From Colwellia sp. (GTDB lineage Bacteria; Pseudomonadota; Gammaproteobacteria; Enterobacterales; Alteromonadaceae), in NCBI GenBank assembly GCA_034111385.1, contig JAWUXK010000107.1:1302-65301 (forward strand): 64,000 nucleotides of DNA, written 5' to 3'. Below are positions 11,431-23,393 of the stretch, piece after piece. The notes under the pieces were generated by a model, which worked only from the letters and a program-made list of their open reading frames with translations, made no database searches and was not told the origin of the DNA. The position numbers were made by a program, and so were the translations under genes. Every line of letters starts with the position of its first letter. Within the stretch, counting starts at the first letter, position 1.

Positions 11431-13686
11431 TCACCAGTTTAAATCAATAGGATCAATATCTAAACTCCACCGTACTTTATGATGAAATTCGTTATTTGGT
11501 ATGGCTGTTAATAACTGTAAAATTGCAACGTGCAATTCTTTTCTTGATTTTGATTGCAGAATTAAATGGTAACGAAATTTCCCAGCCTTTTTTTCCATTG
11601 CGGCGGGCACTGGGCCGGCAAATTCACAGTTTATCAATGTTTGTTCTGTAAGAATTCGTAAAAACTTTTCAGGATAATTGGGGTAATTGGCTTCAGCTCT
11701 GATCAGCGCTTGAAAGCTAAATGGGGGTAATAGGGCTTGTTTACGTTCAATTAACGCTTGTTTAGCAAAATGTTGATAGCCGTTGTGGACTAAATCTTGT
11801 AATAAAGGGTGATCGGGGTAACTTGTCTGCACAAGCACTTTTCCTGGTTTACTCGCACGGCCAGCACGACCCGCTACCTGGATAAGTAGCTGCGCCATTT
11901 GTTCGCTGGCACGAAAATCAAAGCTAAATAATGCGCCATCACCATCAAGCACTGCGACTAACGTCACATCAGGAAAGTGATGACCCTTGGCTAGCATTTG
12001 TGTACCAATTAATAGTTGGTGTTTTTTCTCGGTGATTTCTTGTAATAACTTGGTTAATTCGCCTTTTTTTCGGGTGCTGTCTCTATCAATTCTCACCACG
12101 CTAACATCAGGAAATATTTCACTGATTCGTTGTTCTAATTGTTCCGTGCCTTGGCCAACAGGTGCAATACGAACACTGCCACAACTAGGACATTGTCTAG
12201 GCACTCGCTTTTGGCTGCCGCAATGATGACATATTAAGAGCTGCTGTTTTTGATGAAAAGTATAAGGCTTGTCACAACGCTGACATTCGCACAGCCAGTG
12301 ACATTCTTGGCAATTAATGGCAGGGGCATAACCGCGACGGTTTAAAAATATTAGTACTTGCTCACCGCGAGCGAGTGTTTTTTTAACCTCATGTTTTAAA
12401 CTTCCAGAAAGGCCAAACTCCATTTGTTGGTTGGCAACATCTATCAATGATATATTTGCTTTGCTGCTGTTTCCAGCACGTTTGTGTAACTGGTGATATT
12501 GATATTTTCCAGAAAGCCCATTTTGTAGCGATTCAAAACTGGGTGTCGCACTACCTAGAACGATAGGGATATTTAATTGTCTAGCACGTAAAATAGCAAT
12601 GTCTCGCCCGTGATAACGAAAACTGTCTTGTTGTTTTAAGGAGCTATCGTGTTCTTCATCAACGATAATCATCCCTAATTGATGAAGCGGTGAAAAAATA
12701 GCCGAGCGCGTTCCAATAACTATGGCGGCACTACTTTGTTGTGCATTAAGCCAAGTATCTAAACGTTCGGTGTCATTTAAGTTGGAATGATGTAAACAAA
12801 TTGGCACATTAAAGCGTTGTTCAAAACGTAATAAAGTTTGTGGGGTTAGCCCAATTTCAGGGACGATAACTAATACTTGCCGATTATCAGCGAGTACATT
12901 TTCCATCGCCTGTAAGTAAACTTCAGTTTTTCCTGAACCAGTAACACCATCAATTAAATGACAAGAAAACTGTTCAAGTGATTGATTGATTGCTGCAACA
13001 ATGATTGCTTGCTCAGTAGAAAGTACTTGTTTATTTTCTTGTGCCAAAGCGCTTTCTTGCCAAATAAATGGGTGAGGTAGTTGTTTGCTTTCAGTGATTA
13101 ATGTTTTTGCGGTCAGTGCGTTCAGTTGTGCTTTACTATAGCCTAGGGTTCGTAATTCAGCCCAACTGATACCTTTATGTTTGTTTATTAATTGATAAAG
13201 CGCGTATTGTTTAGGTGCTTTTTTTTCTATTTTAGCGAGCTGTTTATGTGTTTCATCTGTGGCGATTTCACTATGCCAAACCATTGGTGGCTTTATTTCA
13301 ACTTTTTTAACTTGGCGTAATAGTTTAGGTAATGCTTGTTGAAAGACATCACCAATTGGATGATGGTAATAGTTGGCACATAAGGTTAGAAAATTAACTA
13401 ATGAATCGCTTACGTGAAACGTATCATTGAGACGCTTCGAAATAGGCTTTATTTTTTTTGCATCAATTTCACATTCATCACTAACGGAGATCACAATAGC
13501 GATCACTTGTCTTGCGCCAAAAGATACTGCAACGCGCTCTCCAATTTGTATGGGTTGCTGTTGCATATTATCAGGAATTTGATAAGTAAATAATTGTCGC
13601 ATGGGAACCGGCACAGCAACTTGCACATAACTTTTAGTTACTCGCGGAGTAAATGTTGCTTGAGCGGATATTATTTGTTCAGACAC
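11431..13686 (-). CDS. priA: Primosomal protein N'
   Basis: GVTGSGKTEVY, DEEHD, Cys-rich zinc motifs, GTQMLAKGHHF, QVAGRAGR, DIDP C-terminus. Confidence 0.98.
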   Translation of the reverse strand: MSEQIISAQATFTPRVTKSYVQVAVPVPMRQLFTYQIPDNMQQQPIQIGERVAVSFGARQVIAIVISVSDECEIDAKKIKPISKRLNDTFHVSDSLVNFLTLCANYYHHPIGDVFQQALPKLLRQVKKVEIKPPMVWHSEIATDETHKQLAKIEKKAPKQYALYQLINKHKGISWAELRTLGYSKAQLNALTAKTLITESKQLPHPFIWQESALAQENKQVLSTEQAIIVAAINQSLEQFSCHLIDGVTGSGKTEVYLQAMENVLADNRQVLVIVPEIGLTPQTLLRFEQRFNVPICLHHSNLNDTERLDTWLNAQQSSAAIVIGTRSAIFSPLHQLGMIIVDEEHDSSLKQQDSFRYHGRDIAILRARQLNIPIVLGSATPSFESLQNGLSGKYQYHQLHKRAGNSSKANISLIDVANQQMEFGLSGSLKHEVKKTLARGEQVLIFLNRRGYAPAINCQECHWLCECQRCDKPYTFHQKQQLLICHHCGSQKRVPRQCPSCGSVRIAPVGQGTEQLEQRISEIFPDVSVVRIDRDSTRKKGELTKLLQEITEKKHQLLIGTQMLAKGHHFPDVTLVAVLDGDGALFSFDFRASEQMAQLLIQVAGRAGRASKPGKVLVQTSYPDHPLLQDLVHNGYQHFAKQALIERKQALLPPFSFQALIRAEANYPNYPEKFLRILTEQTLINCEFAGPVPAAMEKKAGKFRYHLILQSKSRKELHVAILQLLTAIPNNEFHHKVRWSLDIDPIDLNW

Positions 13687-13839
13687 GTGATAGATAAGAG
13701 TGATTAATATTTTAGTGCTGGCTATCTTATCGTAAATCCGTTCTTTTATTAATAAGTCTTTTTTTAATCAATTTACCACTGCTTTTACTTGCAGTCGTTG
13801 TTTTGATCCTTTATTATTCGCCCCCATTAATTTTACAAC

Positions 13840-13896
13840 CGTATGGTGCTTGGCGTTTTCTAATAAATTAGTAATAAACGGCTAAGTGGCGATACG
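13840..13896 (+). promoter_or_regulatory. Structured rpmE (L31) mRNA leader, probably autoregulatory
   Basis: Long hairpin CGTAT...GATACG enclosing GCTTGGCGTTT/AAACGGCTAAGT just upstream of rpmE; resembles gammaproteobacterial L31 leaders. Confidence 0.6.
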
Positions 13897-13926
13897 CCCA
13901 ATTTCTCGAAAGAGATAGAGGTTCCC

Positions 13927-14139
13927 ATGAAAGAAGGCATTCATCCTAATTACGTTGAGTTTACAGCAACTTGTTCTTGTGGCAATGTTATCAAAACTCG
14001 TTCAACGGCTAAAAAAGACATTCATTTAGACGTATGTTCTGCATGTCACCCATTCTACACAGGCAAGCAAAAAGCTGCTGAGACTGGTGGTCGTGTTGAT
14101 AAATTCAACAAACGTTTTGGCGCACTTAGTAAGAAGTAA
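13927..14139 (+). CDS. rpmE: 50S ribosomal protein L31 (Zn-binding form)
   Basis: [13 protein letters not shown]...[13 protein letters not shown]. Confidence 0.98.
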   Translation: MKEGIHPNYVEFTATCSCGNVIKTRSTAKKDIHLDVCSACHPFYTGKQKAAETGGRVDKFNKRFGALSKK

Positions 14140-14185
14140 GTTTACTTTTTATCTAACTTTTTACTTTGTAGAAAGGCATCAAACG

Positions 14186-14213
14186 AAAAAAAGCGTCAAT
14201 TGGCGCTTTTTTT
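14186..14213 (+). terminator. Intrinsic terminator after rpmE
   Basis: AAGCGTC-AATT-GGCGCTT plus T-tract. Confidence 0.8.
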
Positions 14214-14466
14214 ATGGGTAACTTTTATAAAAATAGGCTTTCAAGTGGAAGCTTTGTTTCATGAGTTTAGCTAGCCTGCATAAGCAAGTTCTTTTATTGA
14301 AATAGAGTATGTAGTGAATTGTTAAGCAGTACTTTATGCTTAAATATTGTTTGTTACCACAATAGAAATAAGGCCCATTATGGATACGCTAGAATAGGTA
14401 CTAAATTTTTTTACATTATTATTGAAAATATTTAGTAATAGGGGTGATATTACTGGCGAACTTCTG

Positions 14467-14662
14467 TATAATCCGCGCTCCCTACGTTACAAACTGTCTT
14501 TTTATTACTTTTAAGGTAGCTTACTAAGTAATAATGGGCGTTAGACTCGATACTCGAAGGGGTAATTGCGTAGTCTATTATTAACCGACAGGCAAAGCTA
14601 ACTTATCTTAAGTAAAGTTTTGACTTGTTATTTAAGTAACATATTTAATATTGGGTTTTTTA
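14467..14662 (+). promoter_or_regulatory. rplM-rpsI promoter (-10 TATAAT, GC-rich discriminator) and long 5' leader
   Basis: TATAAT 14467-72 followed by CCGCGCTCCC; about 185-nt leader containing CTCGAAGGGGT. Confidence 0.45.
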
Positions 14663-15091
14663 ATGAAAACTTTTGTAGCTAAACCAGCAAGCGTACAACG
14701 CGAATGGTTCTTAGTGGACGCCGAAGATAAAACTTTAGGTCGTATCGCTACTGAAATTGCAACCCGTTTACGCGGTAAGCATAAAGCAGAATATACTCCT
14801 CATGTAGATACTGGCGATTATATCGTTGTTATCAATGCTGAGAAAGTACGTGTAACAGGTAACAAAGCGAAAGGTAAAATTTACTATTCGCATACTGAAT
14901 TCCCTGGTGGCCTTAAGCAAATTAGCTTTGAAAAGCTAATTGAAAAAGCGCCAACACGCGTACTTGAATTTGCTGTTAAGGGCATGTTACCTAAAGGTCC
15001 TTTAGGTCGCGAAATGTTCCGCAAATTAAAAGTGTATGCAGGTGCTGAGCACGCGCATACTGCACAACAACCACAACTTTTGGAGCTGTAA
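14663..15091 (+). CDS. rplM: 50S ribosomal protein L13
   Basis: [33 protein letters not shown]. Confidence 0.98.
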   Translation: MKTFVAKPASVQREWFLVDAEDKTLGRIATEIATRLRGKHKAEYTPHVDTGDYIVVINAEKVRVTGNKAKGKIYYSHTEFPGGLKQISFEKLIEKAPTRVLEFAVKGMLPKGPLGREMFRKLKVYAGAEHAHTAQQPQLLEL

Positions 15092-15094
15092 GCA

Positions 15095-15487
15095 ATGGCT
15101 GATAATCAATATTACGGTACTGGTCGTCGCAAGAGCTCAACTGCTCGTGTGTTCATGAAAGCTGGTAACGGTGCAATCACAATTAACAAACGTGACATTT
15201 CTGAGTACTTCGGTCGTGAAACTGCTCGTATGGTTGTTCGTCAACCATTAGAGTTAGTTGAAATGTTAGAAAAGTTTGACTTTAACATCTCTGTAGAAGG
15301 CGGTGGTAATTCTGGTCAAGCGGGTGCAATTCGTCACGGTATTACTCGTGCATTAATGGAGTTTGATGAAACATTACGTAGCAGTTTACGCGTAGCTGGT
15401 TTTGTAACTCGTGATGCTCGTAAAGTTGAACGTAAGAAAGTTGGTTTACATAAAGCACGTAAGAAACCTCAGTTTTCTAAACGTTAA
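15095..15487 (+). CDS. rpsI: 30S ribosomal protein S9
   Basis: [31 protein letters not shown]. Confidence 0.98.
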   Translation: MADNQYYGTGRRKSSTARVFMKAGNGAITINKRDISEYFGRETARMVVRQPLELVEMLEKFDFNISVEGGGNSGQAGAIRHGITRALMEFDETLRSSLRVAGFVTRDARKVERKKVGLHKARKKPQFSKR

Positions 15488-15517
15488 AATCAATTTTTTC
15501 GTATATTCTACGATTTT

Positions 15518-15546
15518 AAAAAGCCGGCTATTAAGTCGGTTTTTTT
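15518..15546 (+). terminator. Intrinsic terminator after rpsI
   Basis: GCCGGCT-ATTA-AGTCGGT plus T-tract. Confidence 0.8.
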
Positions 15547-15827
15547 ATGCCTTCAATTTATAGTTACTATTAGCAGAAAAAATTTGTTTCATACTATTTA
15601 GCTATAATTTACAACTATTTCGAAATATTTCTATTTTTACAGTACTTAAGCCCCTTTTTACCTTGTAAAAAACCCGCTATTTCTTTATGATCGTAAAAAT
15701 TTTTTGTCGATATGCCTTTTGGTATAAATCTGATCAAACATAACAGTAGCTACGCAAGTTTATAAACGCTTTTATACGTTTTGTAGTGAATATTTGTTTG
15801 GTAATCTTTATGAATTGGAGAGTGTTA

Positions 15828-16418
15828 ATGAGCAATGTGCCTGTAAATAACGGCCGCCGTCGCTTCCTAACTGCGGCTACAGTCGTCGTTGGTGGTGTTG
15901 GTGTAGCTGGTGTTGCTGTGCCTTTCATTGGTTCCTGGAATCCTAGTGCTCGCGCGAAAGCTGCGGGTGCTCCAGTTGAAGTCAATGTAAGTAAGATACA
16001 GCCTGGTCAATTAATCCGTGCTGAATGGCGTGGTAAACCTGTTTATGTAGTCCGTCGAACGGAAGAAACGTTAAGCGGTTTAGCAAAACATGATGACCAG
16101 CTTCGCGATCCTAACTCTGAAGCAGCGCAACAACCAGAATATGCAACTAATGCATACCGCTCTATTAAACCTGAATTTTTAGTAGCGTTAGGTGTATGTA
16201 CCCATTTAGGTTGTGCTCCTACCCATCACGGTGGTGATTTTGACCAGCATGTTGACGGTGTTTCTAATGGATTCTTCTGTCCTTGTCATGGTAGTAAATT
16301 TGATATGGCTGGCCGCGTATTTCAAGGGGTTCCTGCACCATTAAATCTAGTGGTTCCTGAGCATTCATTTACCAACGAAGACACTTTATTAATTGGTGTT
16401 GGGCAGGGAGAAGCATAA
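15828..16418 (+). CDS. petA: Ubiquinol-cytochrome c reductase Rieske Fe-S subunit
   Basis: Tat motif RRRFL, CTHLGC and CPCHGS boxes; ATG 15828 after GGAG. Confidence 0.97.
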   Translation: MSNVPVNNGRRRFLTAATVVVGGVGVAGVAVPFIGSWNPSARAKAAGAPVEVNVSKIQPGQLIRAEWRGKPVYVVRRTEETLSGLAKHDDQLRDPNSEAAQQPEYATNAYRSIKPEFLVALGVCTHLGCAPTHHGGDFDQHVDGVSNGFFCPCHGSKFDMAGRVFQGVPAPLNLVVPEHSFTNEDTLLIGVGQGEA

Positions 16419-17683
16419 TGTTAGCTAATTTTATGGCTTGGATGGACAAGCGTTTGCCTTTAACCGATGCTTGGAATAAGCATTTGGCACAATATCCTGC
16501 ACCAAAAAACTTTAACTTCTGGTACTTTTTTGGCTCACTAGCCATGCTAGTACTTGTAAACCAAATTTTAACAGGTGTATGGTTAACTATGAGTTATGAA
16601 CCATCAGGTGCTGGTGCGTTCGCTTCTGTTGAATATATCATGCGTGATGTAGATTACGGTTGGTTGTTACGTTACATGCATTCTACTGGTGCGTCAGCAT
16701 TCTTTGTTGTGGTTTATTTACACATGATGCGTGGCCTTATGTATGGCTCGTATCAAAAACCACGTGAATTATTGTGGATCTTCGGTATGTTGATCTTCTT
16801 GGTGTTAATGGCTGAAGCATTTATGGGCTATTTATTACCTTGGGGTAACATGTCTTACTGGGGTGCACAGGTAATTATTTCTTTATTTGGCGCAATCCCT
16901 GTTATTGGTGATGATTTAACACTATGGATTCGTGGTGATTATGTTATCTCTGGCGCTACCTTAAACCGTTTCTTTGCTCTGCATGTAATTGCAATGCCAT
17001 TAGTATTGGTTATTTTAGTATTTTTACATATCTTAGCTTTACATGAAGTGGGTTCAAATAACCCAGACGGTGTTGATATTAAAAAGCCTAAAGGCAGTAT
17101 TCAACCGGAAGAGTTAAGCAAATTTACTTTCCATAAACAATACAGTGAAAAATACGATATTGTTGATGCTATCCCGTTCCATCCTTATTATTCAGTAAAA
17201 GATATTATGGGTGTTGCAGGCTTCTTGATTATATTCTGTTGGGTAATGTTCTTCGCACCTGAGGGTGGTGGTTACTTTATGGAAGCGCCAAACTTTGAGC
17301 CAGCGAATGGTTTGAAAACACCTGAGCACATTGCACCAGTATGGTACTTCGGTCCTTTCTATACCATTTTACGTGTTATTCCAGACAAGCTATTAGGCGC
17401 TATTGGTATGTTCTCAGCCATTATCGTATTGTTCCTTGTTCCATGGTTTGATCGTGGTGTAGTTAAGTCTGTTAGATTCCGCTCTAAATTACATTTAATT
17501 AACTTAATTCAATTCTCAATCAGCTTTATCGCGTTAGGTATTTTAGGTACTTTACCTGCAACACCAACAGCTAACTTGATTGGTACTATTGCAAGTTTTG
17601 GTTACTTTGGTTTCTTCGTAGCACTTTGGTTCTATTCTAAGAATGAAAAATGTAAGCCAGTTCCAGAGAGGGTTTCACACTAA
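16418..17683 (+). CDS. petB: Cytochrome b (bc1 complex)
   Basis: WYFFGSL, RYMHSTGAS, GYLLPWGNMSYWG, TLNRFFALH, PVWYF. Confidence 0.97.
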   Translation: MLANFMAWMDKRLPLTDAWNKHLAQYPAPKNFNFWYFFGSLAMLVLVNQILTGVWLTMSYEPSGAGAFASVEYIMRDVDYGWLLRYMHSTGASAFFVVVYLHMMRGLMYGSYQKPRELLWIFGMLIFLVLMAEAFMGYLLPWGNMSYWGAQVIISLFGAIPVIGDDLTLWIRGDYVISGATLNRFFALHVIAMPLVLVILVFLHILALHEVGSNNPDGVDIKKPKGSIQPEELSKFTFHKQYSEKYDIVDAIPFHPYYSVKDIMGVAGFLIIFCWVMFFAPEGGGYFMEAPNFEPANGLKTPEHIAPVWYFGPFYTILRVIPDKLLGAIGMFSAIIVLFLVPWFDRGVVKSVRFRSKLHLINLIQFSISFIALGILGTLPATPTANLIGTIASFGYFGFFVALWFYSKNEKCKPVPERVSH

Positions 17684-18390
17684 TGAAAAATTTAATTAAA
17701 GCGTTAGCCTTTGGTTTAGCTACTATCGTGTCTATGTCTGCCTTAGCGTCATCAGGTGGTAATTTAGATCACGCAAATAATGACTTAACCGATAAAGAGT
17801 CACTAAAGAATGGTTTTAAAACTTATATAAACTATTGTTTAGGTTGTCATCAATTACAATACCAACGTTATAACCGTACCTTTAAAGATTTAGGTATCGA
17901 AGAGGCTGATGGTATTGCAAATTACATGTATACCGGTGAAAAATCGGGTGACCTTATAACAAATACCATGCCGACAAAAGAAGCGGCAAAATGGTTTGGT
18001 ACAGCGCCACCAGATTTAACACTTGAAGCTCGTTTACGTAGCCCTGATTGGATCTATACTTACTTACGTTCGTTTTATATGGACAGTGAACGTCCATTTG
18101 GCGTAAATAACAAAGTATTTAAAGATGTTGGTATGCCACATGTATTGCAAGATCTGCAAGGTGTTAGCTCAATTGATAAACATGGTAATATATCACCAGC
18201 AATGGGCGGTACCTTATCAGCGGTTGAGTATGATGTTGTAGTTCGTGATCTAACAAATTTCTTAGAGTATGTTGGTGAGCCAAGCAAGCTTGAACGAAAA
18301 AGTATGGGTGTAAATGTAATACTGTTTTTATTCATCTTCTTCATTGTTGCTTACTTACTTAAGAAAGAATATTGGAAAGATATACACTAA
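17683..18390 (+). CDS. petC: Cytochrome c1
   Basis: Signal peptide, CLGCH heme motif, PPDL, GMP, C-terminal TM ending YWKDIH. Confidence 0.96.
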   Translation: MKNLIKALAFGLATIVSMSALASSGGNLDHANNDLTDKESLKNGFKTYINYCLGCHQLQYQRYNRTFKDLGIEEADGIANYMYTGEKSGDLITNTMPTKEAAKWFGTAPPDLTLEARLRSPDWIYTYLRSFYMDSERPFGVNNKVFKDVGMPHVLQDLQGVSSIDKHGNISPAMGGTLSAVEYDVVVRDLTNFLEYVGEPSKLERKSMGVNVILFLFIFFIVAYLLKKEYWKDIH

Positions 18391-18499
18391 ATAGTTAGAA
18401 GTAATAGGTCGTACTTCGGTACGACAAGATATTGATTGGGGGCTTTGGCCCCCATTGTCCGTTTTATTGAATAAGTAATTTTACAAATTAGGAGGCCCA

Positions 18500-19141
18500 A
18501 TGGCCGTAGCAGCAAATAAGCGTTCAGTGATGACGTTATTCTCCCATGCTGATGATATGTATAGTCATCAAACACGTATAGTATTAGCAGAAAAGGGCGT
18601 TGGCGTAGATATCAATTATGTTGATTTAGCAAATTTGCCAGAAGATTTAATTGACTTAAATCCTTACGGAACAGTGCCTACTTTAATCGATCGTGAATTA
18701 GCATTATATGAAGCTAAAATCATCATCGAATATTTAGATGAGCGTTTTCCACACCCACCATTAATGCCAGTTTATCCAGTATCTCGAGGCCGTAGTCGTT
18801 TGATGATGCATCGCGTTGAAAATGATTGGTATAGCCTAGCTAAAATTATACTTTCTGGTCCTGCTGATAAAGCACAAAAAGCACGTTTAGAATTAAAAGA
18901 GAGCCTATTAAGTATTGCGCCTATTTTAAATGAAGCACCTTACTTTATGAGTGAAGAATATAGCTTAGTTGATTGTTATATTGCGCCTTTACTATGGCGT
19001 TTACCTGCTTTTGGTATTGAGCTTGATGGGCAGGGTTCTAAAGAATTGAAAACATATATGCTACGTTTGTTTGAACGTGAATCATTCCAAGCTTCATTAA
19101 CTGAAGAAGAGCGTGAATTGCGTTTTGGTTACCCTGCTTAA
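18500..19141 (+). CDS. sspA: Stringent starvation protein A
   Basis: MAVAANKRSVMTLFS, EYLDERFPHPPLMPVYP. Confidence 0.97.
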   Translation: MAVAANKRSVMTLFSHADDMYSHQTRIVLAEKGVGVDINYVDLANLPEDLIDLNPYGTVPTLIDRELALYEAKIIIEYLDERFPHPPLMPVYPVSRGRSRLMMHRVENDWYSLAKIILSGPADKAQKARLELKESLLSIAPILNEAPYFMSEEYSLVDCYIAPLLWRLPAFGIELDGQGSKELKTYMLRLFERESFQASLTEEERELRFGYPA

Positions 19142-19620
19142 TGGTTGACTCTACTCAAGTGAAAATGAGTTCTAATAAGCCCTATTTGGTTAGGGCATTT
19201 TATGACTGGATTTCGGATAATGATTTAACGCCCTATATTGTCGTTGACGTAAATGTCTATGGTGTTTTAGTGCCAATGTCATACGTGAATGATGGGCAAA
19301 TAGTGCTGAATGTTGCTGCGTCGGCAGTGGGAACCATTGCTTTAGGTGTTGATGCGATAGAATTTAGCGCTAGATTTGGCGGTAAACTGGAGCATATTAC
19401 AGTGCCGTATGGAGCGATAGGCGCCATTTATGCGAAAGAAAATGGTGCAGGTACATCGCTACCAATCGAACACCCAGACGAAGAAAGTATTGGGGAAAAA
19501 GCTGATGGTGAAAGTGATGCTAAACCTAAGGCAAGTTTGAGCAGTGTTTCATCTACAGAAAAAATACTTGAACCGAAAAAATCAACAAAAAGTAAAGCGA
19601 GCTTAAAAGTTATTAAATAA
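19141..19620 (+). CDS. sspB: ClpXP adaptor SspB
   Basis: KPYLVRAFYDWISDN, IYAKENGAG, C-terminal LKVIK. Confidence 0.95.
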   Translation: MVDSTQVKMSSNKPYLVRAFYDWISDNDLTPYIVVDVNVYGVLVPMSYVNDGQIVLNVAASAVGTIALGVDAIEFSARFGGKLEHITVPYGAIGAIYAKENGAGTSLPIEHPDEESIGEKADGESDAKPKASLSSVSSTEKILEPKKSTKSKASLKVIK

Positions 19621-19746
19621 CACGCTTTAGTTTAATAGATAGGCATTAAGGTTGTCGGGAAGGATTCCGCTTTTATCTTGTAAATGATGGAGTAATCAAA
19701 GGCCACAAAATAGCGGCCAATGTATAAGAATAATAAAGTGTTCTAT

Positions 19747-20343
19747 TTATAGGTATTCAAACGCTTTAAACACTCGGTTTACACCGCCAATATTACGAGT
19801 GACTTCAATCGCAGCTTCTGCTTCTTCTTTGGTTACTAATCCCATTAAAAATACTTCAGCATTTTCAGTAATAACTTTAATGGTACTGCCATCGATTTTG
19901 TCACTTGAAAAAAGTGCGCTTTTAACTTTAGAAGTTAACCAAACGTCATTTGTTTGGGTCGTAATTGACGTAAGATTACCAATACGTACTTGGTTGTGAA
20001 CACGTACAACCTCGTCAATATTGTTAATAATTTTTATTGCCTGATCTCTTAGATAACTAGTTGGTGTTTGACCAATAACCAGCACAGAACCATTGACACT
20101 TATAATATGCAAATTAGTATTGTCATTTAATGCTTTATTTTTTTTGATTTCATTATAAGCTTCTAATTCGATACTTTGATCATCTATTTGGTTACCAATA
20201 CTTCGTCTATCGGTGGCCATTGATGCACCTGTTGTTAGTGCTACTACAGCAACAGCAGTACAGCCTTGAAGTACAGAAAGAATAAGTAGAAAAACAGTTA
20301 GCTTTATAGGTTTATTATTAATAAAGTTTGAAAAAGTAAACAT
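19747..20343 (-). CDS. dolP: Dual-BON-domain lipoprotein (YraP/DolP)
   Basis: Lipobox LQGC, DRRSIG, two BON domains, VITENAEVFLMGLV. Confidence 0.88.
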   Translation of the reverse strand: MFTFSNFINNKPIKLTVFLLILSVLQGCTAVAVVALTTGASMATDRRSIGNQIDDQSIELEAYNEIKKNKALNDNTNLHIISVNGSVLVIGQTPTSYLRDQAIKIINNIDEVVRVHNQVRIGNLTSITTQTNDVWLTSKVKSALFSSDKIDGSTIKVITENAEVFLMGLVTKEEAEAAIEVTRNIGGVNRVFKAFEYL

Positions 20344-20348
20344 GGAAA

Positions 20349-21335
<987 letters not shown>

Positions 21336-21349
<14 letters not shown>

Positions 21350-23297
21350 TTTGAGTGACCTTATCGTGTTGATATTTTCCCCAGATTAGGCTGCGAGTTA
21401 ACACATTACTGTCATTAAGCTTTAATACTCCCGTTTGGCCGAAATGTCGGATATAGGGGGCTTGTTGCATTAAACCGACTTTACTGAGTAAGTTATAGCT
21501 ATCAAAACCCATCGCGAAAATACGCGATAAGCTGTCCGTTCGTTTAGGCCAGAGTGTATGACTTAACTGGGATAAATTTTTATTCTGTTGTTTGGATTGT
21601 AATAGCCAAGGTATTTGCGTAAATGTTAAGCCGTTTAAATCATTTGTGGTGCTACTGTTATTCTTGTAATCAAAATCACTATGGCTACGAGAACTAGCAA
21701 AGACAGGGATAATCGTCGCAAATGGGCTAGTATTAACATCGATATAAGGTTTCACTAATCGAGTTTGTGCTGAAGAGCCAATAAGGTAAATCATATCTAT
21801 ATCACGGCGGTTTCTTGACTCAGCCTTAATGTTGTTTTTAAGTCGACCTTGTAACTGTTTTATACGAGTTTGACTGGAATTTACATCAAGGGCTTCCTTT
21901 AAACTTGCTTGCATTTGTTTGCCTTGACTAAAGTAAACAATATCAACTTCATTACCAGTTATTATTTTCCATTGTTGGCTGAAGGCTGTAGCCAAGCGTT
22001 TAGATAACCTATCTTGGTGACTCAAAATGACAGGGTTTTTATAGTGTTGTTGACTGAGTGTTGAAGCAGCCTGTATTGCTTCGTCTTCCGGGCGCATAGA
22101 TAACACTGTTTGATTGCTTGTAAGTTGTAGGTTGTTGGGAAAATTAAGGAATAAACTGGGAACTTGAAGGGGTAATTGCTCATTGCTTAGTGTTAAAAAG
22201 GTTTCTACATTAGATTTTAATAGTGGCCCAATCACATGATCAATGGTTGATTCATCAAATTGCACAGCAAGGCTTGCCCAGTCAACCGTGTTGGTATCAA
22301 TGAAATGAAGCTTAATGGCACTATCATTATTATAAGCGGCTAAAACTCCTTGTTGGGCAACTAAACCTGCACTTTGTTGAGCGCCACTTAAAGGTAATAA
22401 CACTGCGATATTTTCAATTGTATTTGTTGATAACGTAGACGTTTGTAGCTGTTCAACTATAAGCATGGCTGGGTGGGTTGAATAACGCTGTTGCCAAAGC
22501 GATAAAAAACGGGAGAATTGCTCACTATTAGCACCAAAATTATGGCTATAGCTCAGTAATTGTTGCCAACCATCAATATATGGAGGGTCTGATTTTACTA
22601 ATTGTGTCAATTGCCATTGATTTAGTGATTCAAGTTTATTCCATAGTGAAAAAATATCTTGTTCTGTCGCTTTATCATTGAGAGAGAACGCCATTAATCC
22701 GGCATTCAGCGCTTTTACCGGTTGTTGTTTAAACTCTAATGCCTTTTGTAAAGCGAGGTAATACTCTAGCGATAACTTCATAGGGGCAGCAGTGTCAGTT
22801 GCATTAACATGCGACACTAAGTCATTAGCAAGCTGTAACTGGCGATATGCGGGCTCATGATACGCTAACGCTTGTAAACTTCTTGCCTTCACAAGTAATA
22901 ATCGATAAGTGTATGTGTAATTATTTTTAATAATGCTGGCTGTCTTATTAGCTAACCACAGCGCTTTAGGGAAATTTTGTTGTAGCAGGAATAATTCGCA
23001 GGACTCAACTAGCAACTCGTTGATTTGTGCTGTCAATAATGACGTTGGTGGTAATTTGTTCAGTTTTTCAGCTAAGGCTAACTTATCTTCAGCAGTTTGT
23101 TCAATCACCACTTTATCTAGTTTTTCAATCACCGTTTTAACGGGTCGTTTAGTCACCTGAGTTTGGGTACTACAACCGGTAAGGAAAACAGCAAAGAGTA
23201 TTATGGTTACAAAGAGATTTTTGCTATGTGTATTCTTAAATGGCCTAGTCAAAGCAGTTCCTTGTGAATAAAAGGCTGAAAAATTAGTTTGGGTCAA
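21336..23297 (-). CDS. lpoA: Penicillin-binding protein activator LpoA (start uncertain)
   Basis: Lipobox LTGC, IAVLLPLSG, IGPLLKSNV, RRDID, FAMGFDSY; divergent from rsmI. Confidence 0.88.
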
Positions 23298-23393
23298 ATT
23301 GGAAAATCCGTGCGTTTTTATCTCGCGGTGGGGTTATAATAAACGCCATTGCAATGAGTCACAACTAAATTCAAATGAGAGAAGCCAGTTTAC

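Noticed and set aside
14140-14466. Possible sRNA or small ORF between rpmE and rplM
   Set aside because: Only a terminator and AT-rich promoter DNA are visible; no convincing structure or ORF.
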